Assembly (NCBI GenBank): GCA_951406725.2
Contig: OX597815.1
Coordinates: 172,794,001 to 172,858,000, forward strand
Direction: 5' to 3'
Length of the DNA: 64,000 nucleotides
Source of the DNA: Octopus vulgaris
Lineage: Eukaryota
In this document: one piece after another, positions 25,872 to 40,565 of the stretch
Layout of the letters: every line of letters starts with the position of its first letter
How positions within the stretch are numbered: position 1 is the first letter of the stretch
Notes under the pieces: generated by a model
What the model was told of the DNA's origin: nothing
The model's input: only the letters and a program-made list of their open reading frames with translations
Databases searched by the model: none
Made by a program: the position numbers and the translations under genes

Positions 25872-26309
25872 CCCTCATTGCCAGATGTTGTAACATAATT
25901 GTTACATACAATAAATAAGATAACCAGACAACAGTAAAAACAATGTAATGAACTAACAAATCACTTTATGAACCAAGAAACAATACTCCTTGTGAACTAA
26001 TCAGCCAACACCTTCTGACTTCACTGCAAACACGAACTTCACTCGACTCCAAACTTTGAACTCACTTGTATTGTTATTACTTATATTTTACTCAGACCAG
26101 TCTATCTCTCGCAAGGGGGCATTGTAATTCTCATCACAACAAAAATGTAACTAATCCTGGAACTTTTTCAGTTTATAATTCATCACTAGTGTTGTACATG
26201 GCACTAATCTCCTCACTTTTGTCTTCTTGGCTAGAAATTGTACATCAATGGGAGGCTGGCTAAGTCATATAGAACATATCTAATTATATAAGCATTACAT
26301 ACCATTACA
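25872..26309 (-). mobile_element. 5' LTR (TG...CA, 26309-25886) plus primer-binding site
   Basis: Minus strand reads TGTAATGG...AACA-tc-TGGCAATGAGG. The PBS equals TGGCGACGAGG (tRNA-Ser(GCT)-type) with both CpGs mutated. Confidence 0.7.
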
Positions 26310-27789
26310 ATATTCTTCAAAGGAAGTTGTGTTTGTTGCCTCAAACTAATAACCTTATTCACAGAAATGTGTCATGTCCTGGACTCACAAGATACAATCA
26401 TTTCCAATTAATAACACATTGTGACCAATTAAGACCCATTCTGAAACATTACTACTTGCAATATTTTTATAAAATAATTGTTACCACTGACAGATATTTA
26501 TCACCATATTCAACAGTTAAACTAGTTAAAATGGATCTTTTCTAGTATTTATAACAGTCTGAAATTCAGAAAATATCTTAAACTAGCAGGACCCATGGAA
26601 ATTCAATGATATTAGTCAGCACATGTGAAAACATTATGTTAGTACATTAAACACAAACAAGGAATTTCCAAAAAATCTTTTGATATCCTGTCATTTAATC
26701 AAAACGATGCTTTTAAATATAATTCAAATTAATTTTGATGGTATTACTTATTTACCTCTTTGTAATACATTTGACAGACATAGTGTGCTTTATAGTTTAG
26801 AGAAATAAAAGATGAATTAAAAGATAAAACTTATTCATATATATTGATTAAATATTTATTATCTTTATTACATATTTAATAAATACAAACTATACTTCAT
26901 ATGATTATGATATGTACATAAAAAAAACATGAGCTTATTCACTGAATTAGATGCAAACATTCTACATTACAAATGAGACAGCACAAACTGTGTGACATAC
27001 ATATAGAAACAGAATATACAAAACATGGGCCAATTTAAATTTGTATGAAATAAGCATTGTATGTGATCACAGAAAATACTTTACAAGCTGCATGAACTGA
27101 ATGTAATATGAATGATATACATATACACAAGATTAATAAAATTCTAGATTTACTCTCTCAATACTTCTTCATACATAATGTTTTTGTAAGAATTTTACCT
27201 TCTCATTTGCTTTGTCTGTTAGTCTGAACTACCCTTATTGCCAAATTAGATAATTTCATGACCCTAGAAAATGCCACATGTAATTGCCCAGGCATTAAGT
27301 GAGGGAATTTTAACAATAAAAATATGTAAACAAACTACACTTCTTGCTCAGTCCAAGTTATTTACCAATCGAGATTATTTTCATTTCTTTTTCATATCAC
27401 TTCAGTTCAGCAATCTCTCTATTTGTCACTCTAAAGACAAATTTTGACAAGATAACATGCTCTGTAGTCTTGTGGGTGCTTGAAAGACTGGAAATTTGTT
27501 AAGAATTTAGGAAAATAATTTAATGTACAGCTTGCTGTTCACCAGTGCATTATCACTATAGTGTTGATGAACAGCAGTATCCATTATAGTTTCTGGATAA
27601 ATAATACAAGACTCCATGATTAAATGTGCATGAGTGATAACTCAATTGTCATTTTAGAACTGTTGAACAATTACAGAAAGAGTTCCAAATTTGGAAGGGC
27701 TCAGGCAATGATCAATGTATTGTCTTAGTGTCATGTTTTATGTAGCTTCATTCAATATGCAGGGGAGCAATAAGTAAAAGCTCTGCACT

Positions 27790-28070
27790 GGGTATTCAGT
27801 GCAGGCAACATTACAAAAAAAAGTTTTGGAACATCTAGAAGATTGACAGAAAATCAGGGATTCAAATGTGCAAGATGTATAAGAGTAGTTACTTGTTTAG
27901 GTATGTAATTTCTGGGATTACCTACCCATATGTAATTTTCGGTATTACCTAGTGTAAGGAGTATATGATTATATGGTAGAGAGACTTGACATTGACTGTT
28001 GAAGATCCATAGAGGCTGGTCAGAAAATTAGTTCAGTGTAATATGTTTGTTGGATGAAACATGTATTAAA
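27790..28070 (+). mobile_element. Highly decayed RTE-LINE fragment
   Basis: tgtaaggagtatatgattatatggtagagagacttgacattgactgttgaagat resembles the VRS.MLYGSETW.LT.ED motif. Confidence 0.45.
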
Positions 28071-28798
28071 GATACATCACAAGTAGGTTAAATGAGTAAA
28101 CAAGCACTAAACACTTAAGTTGATGTTTGCAGGAGGGCAGCTGCTGGTATGGACATGAGATGCAAATGGATGACACTTGTTGAATGGAAATGTGTCATAA
28201 GCTGACAATAGCCTGTATCTAAAGTAAAGGAATATAAAACACATTGCTAGACTACTGGGACTAAAACAACTCCTTACTCTATAGAGCAATAGCTTACTAA
28301 CTGAACTAAATTAGCATAGCATTAGAAGCCATCAGTAACAATTATGATCTACTATATCTATGTGTAAATGAATAATTTGTCAATGACAAGAGGCACATAA
28401 TGTTTTGTAATGTATTAAGAAAATAAAATGTGTACAAAATATCCAACCCATAAAATGCTAATGTAACATAAATTATTTATGTTCAATAACTGCACTGTAT
28501 ACATTGTTTTCTATATGTCCTAAATGATATTCAATGATATACTGTATGTTGGTAAATAAAATTCTAAACTGACTCTTTATGTATTCAATTACATATCATA
28601 AATATGATTTTTGTTTTTAATTGTCATTTGCTTTCTGTTTTGCAATTTTTAGTCTTGCTCATTTTTTTAATGATAAAAGCTGATTAATAATTAATATTAT
28701 CTTATTACATCATTGCAGTTAATGAATAACTAATAAAACAAATTTGAAGAATCTTATAAGAATTCTAAACAAGAATGATTGCCAAAAAAAAAACAATA

Positions 28799-29010
28799 TG
28801 AGATGGTGCAGAAGAGTTCCTGGCTTTGGGTAATAGAAAATACAGGAGGATCAGTTAATTATGATTTTATTCAACATATTCCCCTCTCAGATTCACGCAC
28901 TTATTGCAGCAGTCCTTCGGTTTGTCTAAGCCCTGTAAAAGAACTAGGTTGGACCTTCAACCAGGCCTTTCACAGTACCCTTAAAGTCAGGAACTTTTGA
29001 GCACCCCTCA
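28799..29010. mobile_element. Mariner-derived MITE, ~212 bp
   Basis: TA-tgagatggtgcagaagagttcctggcttt ... aaagtcaggaacttttgagcacccctca-TA: imperfect ~28-bp TIRs with TA target duplication. Confidence 0.8.
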
Positions 29011-29909
29011 TAATTTCACCTACCCACTCCCACATATTCAACTAGAACTATTTTACAATAAAACTAAAGGAACCATGAATCCAACTAGAGTACCTCTATA
29101 TAGTAGAAATAGGAAACAATTTCCCTTGAGTCACACACACTGTTATGTTCAAAATGATTAGGTTAGGTCTGCTTGATCAGAACTGAATAACCTGAAGCTA
29201 CACAACAATATGACAATCAAGATAAATATAAATGCATTCATTAAAAAACACAAATCTAATTACTTGACCCTGCTTTACACTGAACAGGCCAATAACCAAG
29301 AAGTGCAGAAATTGAATAAGAAATTCTAAACAGACTAATAAATGAAAATAACATGCAAAAATTTCAGTACACTGAAGTATTGATAAATAAATACACTTGG
29401 TCCAAGTAATATTAAAGTGTTTTGAAGATGTATCTAAGATGAAAGAGAATGGAAGATACATTAACAAATAGAAATGTTAGGTTAAAGAAAAGAACCTAGT
29501 TAAAAAAGAATTAATAACAACTAGTAAAATAGTGAAGGTTAATACTACTGTGGTAAAATATAAGGTAAAAACGAAAAACACATACTGAAAAAAAATATTT
29601 GGAAAAAAGTCATCAATGCCACAAAAGTTGCAACCATTGCAAACATCATTTATCTACCATTACTATATGTACAACCATTAATGCCTTTATGTGCAATTTT
29701 GTTGATGTAAGTTAGATAGGGATTTAGACTTTACAACATTTCTCCATCCACTGATATCCTTTGCTTTTATAGAGCCTAAATCTTTTTGACCTATTTTAAA
29801 TTGACATTTCTTGATGCTCTTCTTTCTTGTATAACATCTAATTTAAAATCACACTACTTTTCATCCAAGCTCATATCATCCATTCCTCTTAAATGTCAAC
29901 ACCAATCAA

Positions 29910-29957
<48 letters not shown>

Positions 29958-30079
29958 GTTAGATCCAAGGATCAAGATGTAGGGAGAAGATGAGCTTCAA
30001 GCAATCTGTAGAAACAACTTTCAGGAACAATAGTGATTTATTGGGGTGGAAGGTTGAGGATTTGTGGATTTGTCATTGT

Positions 30080-30574
30080 GCCTCCTAACAACAATGTAGA
30101 CTTCATTTAATCAAGATACCCTTGGCCTGAAGAGTAACCTGCAGTATACACCTCACTTGGATATTTACCACTTCGAGAAAGAATTAAGAAAAGGAAATTC
30201 TGAAAGTGGCAACCATAGCCATGACAATCTAAAAGTGGAAATTATTCAAGAATTACAACAATAAAATAGCAACAACAATTGGAAATGCTAATCTGACCAT
30301 CACAGACTTAACTAAAACAGATACAGACATCAACATCATCAGGATAAATGAAATAATATGTGCATCAGTTACTGTAGTTACAAAGAAAAGTCAGTACTCC
30401 ATCAGATCTACTGAAATGAGAGAATCAAACCCCAAGCAATGGACATGGGAAATAAATGTATACAAAGAGATAGAAAACAAGAAAAAATATCTCCCAATCA
30501 GTAATGAAATCAATAACAAAATAACACAGTTGAGACAAGGAAGAAGACAAAAACTAAAGAAATAAAAATTATCC

Positions 30575-30634
<60 letters not shown>

Positions 30635-31700
30635 AATAATCCTTTCTGCTATAGGCACAAGGCCTGAAATTTGGGGGTGTGGGATAGTCAATTACATTGA
30701 CCCCGGTGTTTCCACTGGTACTTAATTTATCAACCCCAAAAGGATGAAAGGCAAAGTCAACCTCTGCAGAATTTAAACTCAGAATGTAACAATGGGCAAA
30801 GTAACACTAAGCATTTCACCAGCATGCAAACGATTCTGCCAGTTCACCACCTAAAACAACAACAACAATAATAATAATAATAATAAGTATCTGAAATTTT
30901 TTAAAATGCCTGAAATAAGAGGTCTTCCCAAAATTGCCATGAATTCATCAATAAGAAAAAACAATAATTCTTTGAGCAAAACAATTTGCCTTTGACCCAA
31001 AATAATTTTATCAAGAACTTAGTGAATATAAAACAGAAACTGATGCAGAACAAACAGCAAGAAGAGTAGAAGAATTTTGGAGAGAAGTATGAGCAACAAA
31101 AGAATTACCATGGACATGAACACAACATCAAAACAATTTACAGAAGCTACCTTGCTACTGAAATAAAAAAAAATGAAGACACCAGAACTTGATAAGATTC
31201 CAAACTTATAGTTAAAATATTTAACATGGACACATAAGGTACAGAGATGTTTAATGAGATCTGACAGAGCTGAAAAAATCATCCAACTGGCTCATTGATG
31301 AGAAAAAACATCTTAATTGTCAAAACTAAAGAAACCAGCTCTTAAAACACTGTAAACCCATAACTGCCTTCATACACACTACAATGCCTTAACTACATTA
31401 AACATTTGGAAAAAAATAACCTGTTTCCAATAAATTGGAATAAATCCTGCAAAAGTCTCATATGGCTGTAAAGATCAATTACTGATCAACAAAGCCCTAA
31501 CCAAAGAATACAGAAAGAAATAGAAGGGTCTGAACACAGCATGCCAGAAGGCTCTTGACAGCATTCCTTACATATGTATCCCAGAAACACTATGATTAAT
31601 GTAGTATTACTAATAAGAAGATACATGAAACATGCCATGAGTAAATAGAAAACAATTTTACAGATGCAAACAAAAGAGGAATTATAAAAATTAAACCACT
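30080..31700 (+). mobile_element. R4/Dong-like non-LTR retrotransposon RT relic, interrupted by a SINE
   Basis: Decayed motifs PELDKIPNL*LK, WL..KT.LI.K.KET, KPITAF, GCKDQLLINKA and KALDSIP. Confidence 0.65.
30640..30852 (-). mobile_element. Family B SINE with (ATT)n tail
   Basis: cctttctgctataggcacaaggcctgaaattt...aaggatgaaaggcaaagtcaacc...gattctgccagttcaccacc, flanked by (AAT)n. Confidence 0.88.
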
Positions 31701-31708
31701 TGAGCTTT

Positions 31709-31779
31709 GCTTTGCTTGACTCAAGACTCTAAGCTTTGCTTGACTTCAAGACTCTAAGCTTTGCTTGACTCAGAACTCT
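31709..31779. repeat. ~24-bp tandem repeat, about 3 copies
   Basis: gctttgcttgact(t)caagactctaa occurs twice, plus a diverged third copy. Confidence 0.9.
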
Positions 31780-32039
31780 GCTGTTTTATCAAAGAAATGC
31801 ACTGTTGGAAAATGTTCCTGATAAAAGGCAGCAACACCGGTTTACTATTCAAGAATCTCTGTAGATGTTATAGCATCAGCACATGTATGTGAATCACCAT
31901 TCACAACATACTGAGCCCACCACACAGAGGCTGTTGAAACAGATAACATGCTTAATTAATGAAACATGTCCCACTGAAGCAAAAATGGTTAGGCAGCAAT
32001 ACACGATGCAGATAATGTACATGCTCTCCATTACTGTCC

Positions 32040-32800
32040 AGTCTTTCAGGAATAATTTCTTATCATCTGATCTCTAATGAAACTGGCAATCCTGCTCATA
32101 TCCATTTGGAGATCTTGCCTGAAACAGATCCCAGGTACCTTAACTAGTCAGTCCAGTGCCCCAAGATGCTGGCCACCATGAACTTGTCTCTCCAAACATC
32201 AAGTTGCAAATCTATTGACTTGTTAAGGTTAAATTTTGCTCCCGTTATCATTGTTTTCCTACCTCAACCTTTGTGGTGGCTGACTCCATTGCAATGACAT
32301 CATCTGGCTATGCTTCCCAGCTGATGTTGGGCTATGTGCATTTATACAACACACTTTTGGGTAATGCCACATTTGTAGGAAGAAAAGAAGTGAGAGATCA
32401 CTTACCTTAGTTGAGGCGAAGAATGAGTAATCTGGTCTTCTGAACATGGAGGGGATTCTTTGAAAGCCTCTCCAAAAGGTTCGTACCCACTCTCACCTAG
32501 AAAATTACCTGAAAATTGTTTCTCAAGATCCCTGTAGCATGTTGTTGCTTATTACATTACCTTTAATAATGCTATTGCTCAGCAAGTTATTGTCATTGTC
32601 ACTTCTCTTCCCACAAGTGTCAATAATAGTGGAGCTAATGGGAAAGAGGGGTCACATTGATGACTCAGAGAAGGGCAAGTCTACCTCAGTGAAAATAGCA
32701 AAGAAGTGACTCTCAGTGGCAACCTTCTTCTCACCACTTACAATAATTCCAACTTCAACCCTTGTTGACTGGCTATCAAGGATGATGCTTCTTGAGTGTT
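32040..32800 (-). mobile_element. Tx1/L1-like LINE fragments
   Basis: Minus-strand translation ITGAKFNLNKSIDLQLDVWRDK near 32180-32250. Homologous to 33480-33560. Confidence 0.55.
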
Positions 32801-33229
32801 TATACTAACTTTTTTTTATGAATTAAAATTTGCTTTTAAAGGTATACCCTCACCGACTAACAGGATAAGAAACAAAGGAACCAACAAGTCATAAGTAGTT
32901 ATGGTTGGTTCTGCATTAAAAGAGGTAACACAAAAACTAGGAAAACAACTTTGTGCTAAGGCAAAAGAGATTGGCATACATTCTAGAAACAACAATCATG
33001 AGTTAAACACAAGGCTGCCAATTTTAAGGGGACTAAGCTTATTAATTCCAGTGATCCCATACCTCACCAGTGCATCATTTTATCAACCCTGAAAGGATTA
33101 AAAGCAAAGTTAACTTCATCAGGAATAGGATCACTTATCCAAGAGGAGGGATCAGTTGATTAAATTTACACCAATACTTGAATGCTACTTTATTTTATTG
33201 GTTCCACAAAGATAATCTGTAACACTAGC

Positions 33230-33655
33230 CTTTTACTTTCACAAGAAGCAAAAGTGCATGTACTCCATTCTTGTAAGAAGCTTCCTAGGACAAGGTGCAA
33301 CAGTTAAATGGCAGTACTAGCAACCTCTGCTCAGCCTTTAAGGAACAACTTCCACTTAGTCCATTCTGCATAAGTTTGGCCACTCTACTTCCAACAGCCT
33401 TCCAGTTTTATCTACCAGATCTGGATTTAAACAAACTTAAACCACTTTAACAGGACTCCCAATCCAGTACAAGTAACTGCCATCTTACACAAACTTGTCT
33501 CTCCAAATGCCATGTTGTGTCCTACTGATATATTTAGGTTAAATCATTCCCCAGTTACTGCCTAGTACTCATCTAGTATATTATTGATCACCTCAATTGT
33601 CGATGTAGCTACCACATCACATTGATGTCATTCGCAAATGCTGTGTCTCAGTTCA
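33230..33655 (-). mobile_element. Tx1/L1-like LINE RT fragment
   Basis: AFANDINV (decayed AYADDV) followed by G...NLNISVG...WRDK and WIGSPVKV. Confidence 0.6.
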
Positions 33656-33874
33656 AAGAGACACAGAATATTTCATTGTAAGTAGAAAAACAAGGATATT
33701 TTTTTCAATGAAAAATCCTCAGTCCTTTAAGCCTAACCTTATTATATTGCCTAATTCTTAACCCTTATGCTCTTATCATGTATTGCCATCACTATTTCTT
33801 GAGCTGATATTGATTTTCATTTGTGTCCTTACTCCATCGTCAACATTTCTATCATTTTCATTTTCTGTATTTAA

Positions 33875-34090
33875 CCCTTTAGCATTCAGATTAGTCTGTC
33901 AAATGTAATGCTTATTTATTCATATTGTTTTGAATTAATCAGGTATTAATTTATAGCTTCAAGATTTTGAAGAAGAGATTATTTTTAGAATGACATTGTA
34001 GAGTAGATGTGAGAGACTGGATCTAGCCAGTTTGAACATAAAACAGGTAGAATATTTGAGCCTGATATAGCCAGTTTAGATGCTAAAGGG
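33875..34090 (+). mobile_element. Complete piggyBac-like MITE, 216 bp
   Basis: TTAA-CCCTTTAGCAT ... ATGCTAAAGGG-TTAA. Confidence 0.92.
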
Positions 34091-34099
34091 TTAACTAAA

Positions 34100-34900
34100 C
34101 ATCACCAACATATTGATAATTTAAAGCATCCATATATCATTTTCCCAAACAGGCAAAGATTTGTTCCAAAACTACTCAATGTTCATGTAATGTTCATATC
34201 TCTAACTTTCCATACCTAAACATCATTTATATACAACTTAGATATGTGTGAAACTTACAACTCCATGAAAAGAGACTTTGAAAATATATTTCAATGCTGT
34301 CAATCCAATTTTATCGCCTTCAACAGCACAAAGACACAATGACTATACTTATTTAGAAAACAATATTGAACCCCTATCAACCATAAACCTGAACAACACA
34401 CAAATAAAACAATGGAACTTGCTATAAATGCAAAGCCTCAGCATCACTAAAAATTTCTCCTGTTGATTGTATTGATTGTACATTCACAAAATAAGAATGG
34501 TTGCATCTTTAAGACTGGCTTTTCCTTTTCAGTGCCAAAAATACTTCATTCCCTGCTTTTCTTATCAAATATTAAACCTCTACAAAGTTCAAATGAGACT
34601 CACAGCAATTAACTGCTCCTACATTTGGGAGAGTGTTGCTTCTTCATATACAATCATCCTGAACCGCTTTAAAAAATAAAAGCCACCCAACAGATTAGCA
34701 TGAAGTCAGTCATCAACATATGTCAACAGCTGACTTATAAATACGTTGTCTCTTCCCTCTGATCTTTCTACTGCTACAGTGGCTTCTCCTCCTTGAAACT
34801 GGTTGACTGCATTTCACATCCACCCAAGCACTCAATTCACTTTGATTGAATGCTATCAGATAGATAATGTCCTATGTATTTACACAGTCCTGGTCAAAAA
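34100..34900 (+). mobile_element. Jockey/I-like LINE 3' relic
   Basis: KYF...NLYKVQMRLTAINCSYIW (consensus-like LYKAQVRP.MEYCSHIW). Same family as 55374-55720. Confidence 0.65.
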
Positions 34901-37191
34901 TAAGTTTATATGTCTATTCATCCACAATTTTGTAAAACATGCTTTTCTTATTCTCATATTCTTAAAATAAGAAAATTAACAATAATGATTTCACTAGTCA
35001 GATATTTTTTCCTTAAGTCTATCACCTCTATCCATACTAAATAACAGAATTTTCACAGCTATTTCCACTATAGACTCCATGCTAAAATCTTTCACCTTTG
35101 CTATAGATGTCTGTTTGCACTATTTGCTGAATCTGTCATGGAAATGCTTCAGAAACTTCCTCTGGCAAAGTTGCCTAGGTAGACTTTTTATCTGTTTAGC
35201 TCCACCAAATAATATGGTAATATGCATTTAAATTTAAAGAGCTAAAGATAGTGCTTACATTTCCAATTAAATTTTTAACACCTCCAAATAACATTTCACA
35301 ATGAGTATAAGTGTAAAGATAATTTTGTTTTATGTCTTTGAAAGAGATGAATAGTAGGGAGAGTGCATTTTCCTGAAGTTAAGGTCACTCAAGATTAATG
35401 GGAAGCAAGGTACTTTACCTTGACAAAATATCATTGTCAGTTAATTGAAATCATACCTTCCTAATTTTTCAGAGACATTAACTTGTTTGAACTGTATTGT
35501 ATGCCTGCCAGCTTGTTTTGATTATTTTTTCGTCTGCTCACTACTTCGTCTCTTGACAAGTCTGTCAAGTTCTAAGTAGGCACCACAAGTGCTATAGTGT
35601 TATATTCAGTGGCAATACTATGAAATTCTCAAACAATTTATAGGTCTGCAGTGATAAGTTCAATTTTTCCCATGAGAAAAGTTTATTATGGTAAAATAGC
35701 AATTCATTCAGTGATAGATTTAGTTCCATCCCACTAGACACTATGGAAACCACAGGTAAGCAGCAGCTCTATGGAACCTTGTAATACAGAAAAAGATTCA
35801 GTTTTTGATGAGATATAGCTTTTGACAATGAACAACAATTCAACCATGTCCATCACAAACATATGATAAAGGTAACAGCCAATATGTTACATATCTACTA
35901 GCCTAGTTAATAGTCTGTAGAATACAATCTAGTGAAGCAGTAAACAGCTTTCAGTTTAAACTGTATGTGCAGATGACAGGCCTTTATTCTATTTCTGTTT
36001 AAATGCTACCACAAAATCACAAGTAATTACTTAGGAGACAAAATATGTAGTAAGAACTTGTATCTGCTTAATTACTCTTAATTTAAGGAAATTCCAGACA
36101 AAATTTTAATCCTTTCTTGCTTTTTGTTGAAGAGGCAATGGTTCAACTACCATTAATAAGATCACATAATGATCATCTCATATCATATCATACTAATAGG
36201 CTCAAGTTGAGACATTTTTAGAGGCATCTGGATAGTGAGCAAATATATTTCATTTCTTGCTTTTTTTTCCTTTTAGTATGCTCAAGCTGCAAACTGGTTC
36301 AACTATAGATTGAAAAGAATGAGTACTACTTTAAATGCTACCTTTTACCATCTGGCCTTCATAATCAATTAAACGCTTATACGTTTTCTAAGGAGTGCTA
36401 GTAGAATCTGTACACAATGAATTTTGTTTATACAAAAACAGAAGCAAAAAATTTTCCCATCAAAGTGAAAGCAATTCCAATAGTTAAGGGAAAATCAATA
36501 GAGGTAATGATTTGAAGATTTCGTGGTCACATAAGTATATAACCCATGTATAAATACAAGAGAAGAATAATTAACACTTACTAAAATCAAAAGAGATGTG
36601 GACAAATGTGTTTCTCTGCAAAATCTTTGTATTTAAGTAATCTTCAAATAAGAATCTAAATAAATTTTACTTAATGTAATATCTCATTTGTCATTAGAAA
36701 ATTCTGAGAAATTCATCTGCAAAACCTACAGTTTCTAGAAAGTACCATAGGGATTTATATTGGTAAATTATGGATAATTCCCTAAAAACATGGTACTGAC
36801 AAGACAAATCATGAAAATTCTGTTGATGGTAGAAGTAAATGCAAAAATATTGGTAGGTTCAGATCAACTCTGTTTATAACTAATCAAACAAGATATTTTG
36901 TCATTACACAACTCCAAAATGTTTAGATATTCCAAGTTGCTAAAAATTAAGATTATAAAGTAAAATATCTTCATTAGAACTACTGTATTCTAAGAATATT
37001 GTGGCGAATGAAAAACATTTCTTGTATAAGAATTTTATTTTCTGATCCTACAATTGACACAAACATGTATGAGTGAAATCACCTCCTGCTCAAATTCAAT
37101 CACTAAAACAGGAGACAGTATCTACTTCTAGTTACTTTCATGAATGCTCTTAGTGCCAAATCTTAGAAACAAAATGCTCGCTTTATTCCAA

Positions 37192-37440
37192 ACTTACCTC
37201 ATTATTAACAGCAACGCATTTTTAAAATCTATGACGGTTCTATTTCTTTCGATTAATAGAGATCAAAGATGTTTCATTTGTGACAAAATGGTATTACACA
37301 ACTTTTAAATGCTTTAAAGATATTTCATTTGCATAATCTCAATTAACTCCAAAGATCTGTCAAATAAAATGTGCTGCTGTTTTATGCAAAAATGATCAGC
37401 TTTGCAATATCCAGCCACTTTGCAAAGATTGATATCATAA
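37192..37440 (-). promoter_or_regulatory. Unique island with consensus donor and POU-type motifs
   Basis: GAG|GTAAGT donor at 37197-37192, ATTTGCATAAT at 37327-37337 and TTATGCAAA at 37382-37390. Confidence 0.3.
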
Positions 37441-37529
37441 CAAGAATTTCAAGAGATAAGTACAAATCCATACAGTACAAAGACATAGTGATAAACATGA
37501 ATTAGCATGAATACCACAAATGCCATCAT

Positions 37530-38100
37530 CATCATCAACAACAGTATTTTAATGCCCATTTACCATGCTTTCATGATTTGGAGAGTCCATAGTATGCATA
37601 TCAACATTATTCTTAATCCAGTGTCTCTTTTTGTGAGGCCTAATATTAACAGATATCTCATTATTTCATCTCATGTCTTCCTTGGTTTTCCTCTGCAAAT
37701 GATATATTCCACTGTTAGCACACATCACTTTTTCAGCTATTGCTATCGATTTACATTACTTATCCATGCTACCACAGTCACCTCCCCTGCACACATTGGC
37801 TAAAGCATCTAATGCCAGCCACTTTCTCAGTTCACTTGTACTTTATCTTTCATGCAAGTTTATGTTAAACATCCAACAGATCACATTCAGTTCATTCCCC
37901 TCTCTAGTCTTTGTTGATCTTATTCATTCATTACCCATTTCTCACGATCATGCAGGTCTCAGTTTATACACATGCTTGAAACAGTACAGTATGCTTTTTG
38001 ATAGTTGTTTGGTTGACAACAGAGATAACAACTTATGGAACTTGTTTCACCTACTTATTATCCTAGATACTATATATTTTCATCTCAATTACTTCCTGTA
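37530..38100 (-). mobile_element. Decayed RTE-LINE 3' fragment
   Basis: Minus strand RGKPRKT*DEIMR near 37655-37697 with a (GAT)n-like tail at ~37525. Confidence 0.6.
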
Positions 38101-40565
38101 CTAAGATGGAAGCTTTCTACAACTAAGTATTTCATAGATACTTCTAGAAATAACTATTCCTAAATATCTCTTGTATTTGAAATCTTTGTTACCTGTCAGT
38201 CTGTCAGAAATCCTACCAAATTTTTGCTTACTCTGAGTACATAGTGTTAAGCAAAACAAATTTTCAAATAGTAATGGAATTTCAGACTTTCTCTTCATAA
38301 TTAATTATTCAGTGTTTGCCTTTGGTCTTTTGACATAAAAACCAACCTTCCTAATTTGAAACTTTTTCTGAAATTCCAATGAGAAGTATGCTATCAATAC
38401 ATTAAAACTCTTAGTAATTTATAACAGCTGAACTCATGCAATTACTACAAGAACTACAAAAAGAAAGTATACTAAGAACAGAACCCAAATGAATGCTTAT
38501 ATGTTTTAAATTTTTTCTTGGATCTACTGGTAAGCTTGACCTTTCATACAATACATTTAAGATCTTAAATCATCTTCATGAATAATTCTTCAACAATAAA
38601 TTTTTTTAAATGATACCAAGCAATCAGTATCTAAAGATTGCTGAAAATCACTAAGTATAGAATAAATTCATTTTGCCACAAAAAAAAAAACAAAAAAAAA
38701 AACATGTACCCTAGTGTGGGTAAATAGGCTAAACCTTAGTTTAGGTTCTAGAATGAGTAATGGTGAGAGACTTTTAGCTAAACTACATCTTTTACTCCAT
38801 AAATGTATAGGGTGTGATTAATTTTATGTATCTATTTATCTCTAAAGTATGTTTTTATAACTTTACTTTTTAAAATTTCAAAATGAAGACGTTTAAGTTG
38901 AAAGCTTGACATTTACTTTTCACTATCTATCACTTTACTATTGTTGTCAGGTAAACAATAATAACGAATAATGTAGATTGCGTACTAAATCTTAATTGGA
39001 GAATAGTTGGTTAGATAACGTTCCCTTACCCATAAACTGTGGTTCTTCTTATTTAAACAGTTCTAATGTCTGTAGTAACAATCAGAGATTTGACAAGCAA
39101 GACAGAAATAGTCATTACATAACAGTCACACGGTGACCACAAATATTTATCCTTGGATAAGAATTACAAGGGAAGAAGAGAGTGAGAGATAGAATAAGAA
39201 AATGAGAAAACTGATAGTGAAATAAAGAGTAAGAAAGAGATGAAGTGAGAGAGAGCGAGAAAAAGAGAAGAGTGAAGGTAATGTAATCATAATAGATGAT
39301 TTAGGGACACATGATTAATTCCAAATGTTTTGAGTCTAGGATTGAGTGTGTTAATAATGGTATCAGCAAGAGAAGTTTGTCAGAAAATACATTCCTATCT
39401 CTCCATCTCCACTCGCTTCTCTTTTCTCAGTAACACTTCATATTTCCTCTCTTTTCCTGAAAAGTAGGTGCAGTATGAAACTTTAAACAAGTACATGCGA
39501 GTAGCACCTCAAAACGTGAAGATCTGCTTTCAGGTCAGACATAAAGTATCTCAATAACTTATACATTATGTACCTCCCCAACTTTCCATTGCCATATAAC
39601 CAATGAATCTACATAATTTAGTGCCCCAAATTCCAAACAATAACTTTGCAGTTATTGATCAGATGCTGTTCATATGGACATTGATGTTATTGATGTTGTT
39701 GTATGTTTAGCTTTAAATCTGCATAGAAGTAATGTTACTTGAAATGGAGAAAAAAAAAGAAAACATCAACAGAATTATTGTTGTTATTATTTTTATTACT
39801 ATTGTAGTTGTTTTGTTTTTTTGTTTTAGTATTTGGTTATGTTTATGGTAGTGATGATTATTTTAGTAACTGTAATAATGGTGCTGAAAACTAGCTGAGT
39901 ATGGTGGAAATGATAATATGGCAAAGAGTTATTGTAGTATTAGCATTACAAAAGTTGATGATGATGCTGGAGAAGGAGGTTCATGGCAGTTGTTAAAATC
40001 ACACAATTCTATTGACTAATGTATGCTTCATAGCTTTAATGCTCCCACTTCTATACTGTATTTTAATTTTTATGCTGTGCCAACCTGCATTTGGGAATGT
40101 GCCAGAATTGGTTACAAGAGCCACAGCAGAAACATTGGTGTTCAGTTGACAAGATAAACTGATGTAGCATCTTTATTTTTTTCCATATATTTAGAACTAA
40201 TCCAAATATTTCCTAAAACTAATATGAATAAGGAAAGCAAACATTAAACATATAATAATATCTACCAGATTTTCATCCTCTTGGACACAGAATTGACATG
40301 TGAACATAAACATTTTACTGTCTGGTACTGAACCAAGATTTCAAAACACTGGTATTTGGCATTTTAACAACTAAACTATTATGAACCCTTTTTTTAAGAA
40401 CAGTTTCCCCCAGTTTCTTTTCACATATCAATAATGAATATAAATATTTGAAAAGAGAGGAATAAATAACAATGTCAACAACTATGGTAGATTCAATGAT
40501 ATGGCAATAAAAATGAAAATAACAACAATGAAGATTATCAAGTTAATAATAATTAGGATTTCATA

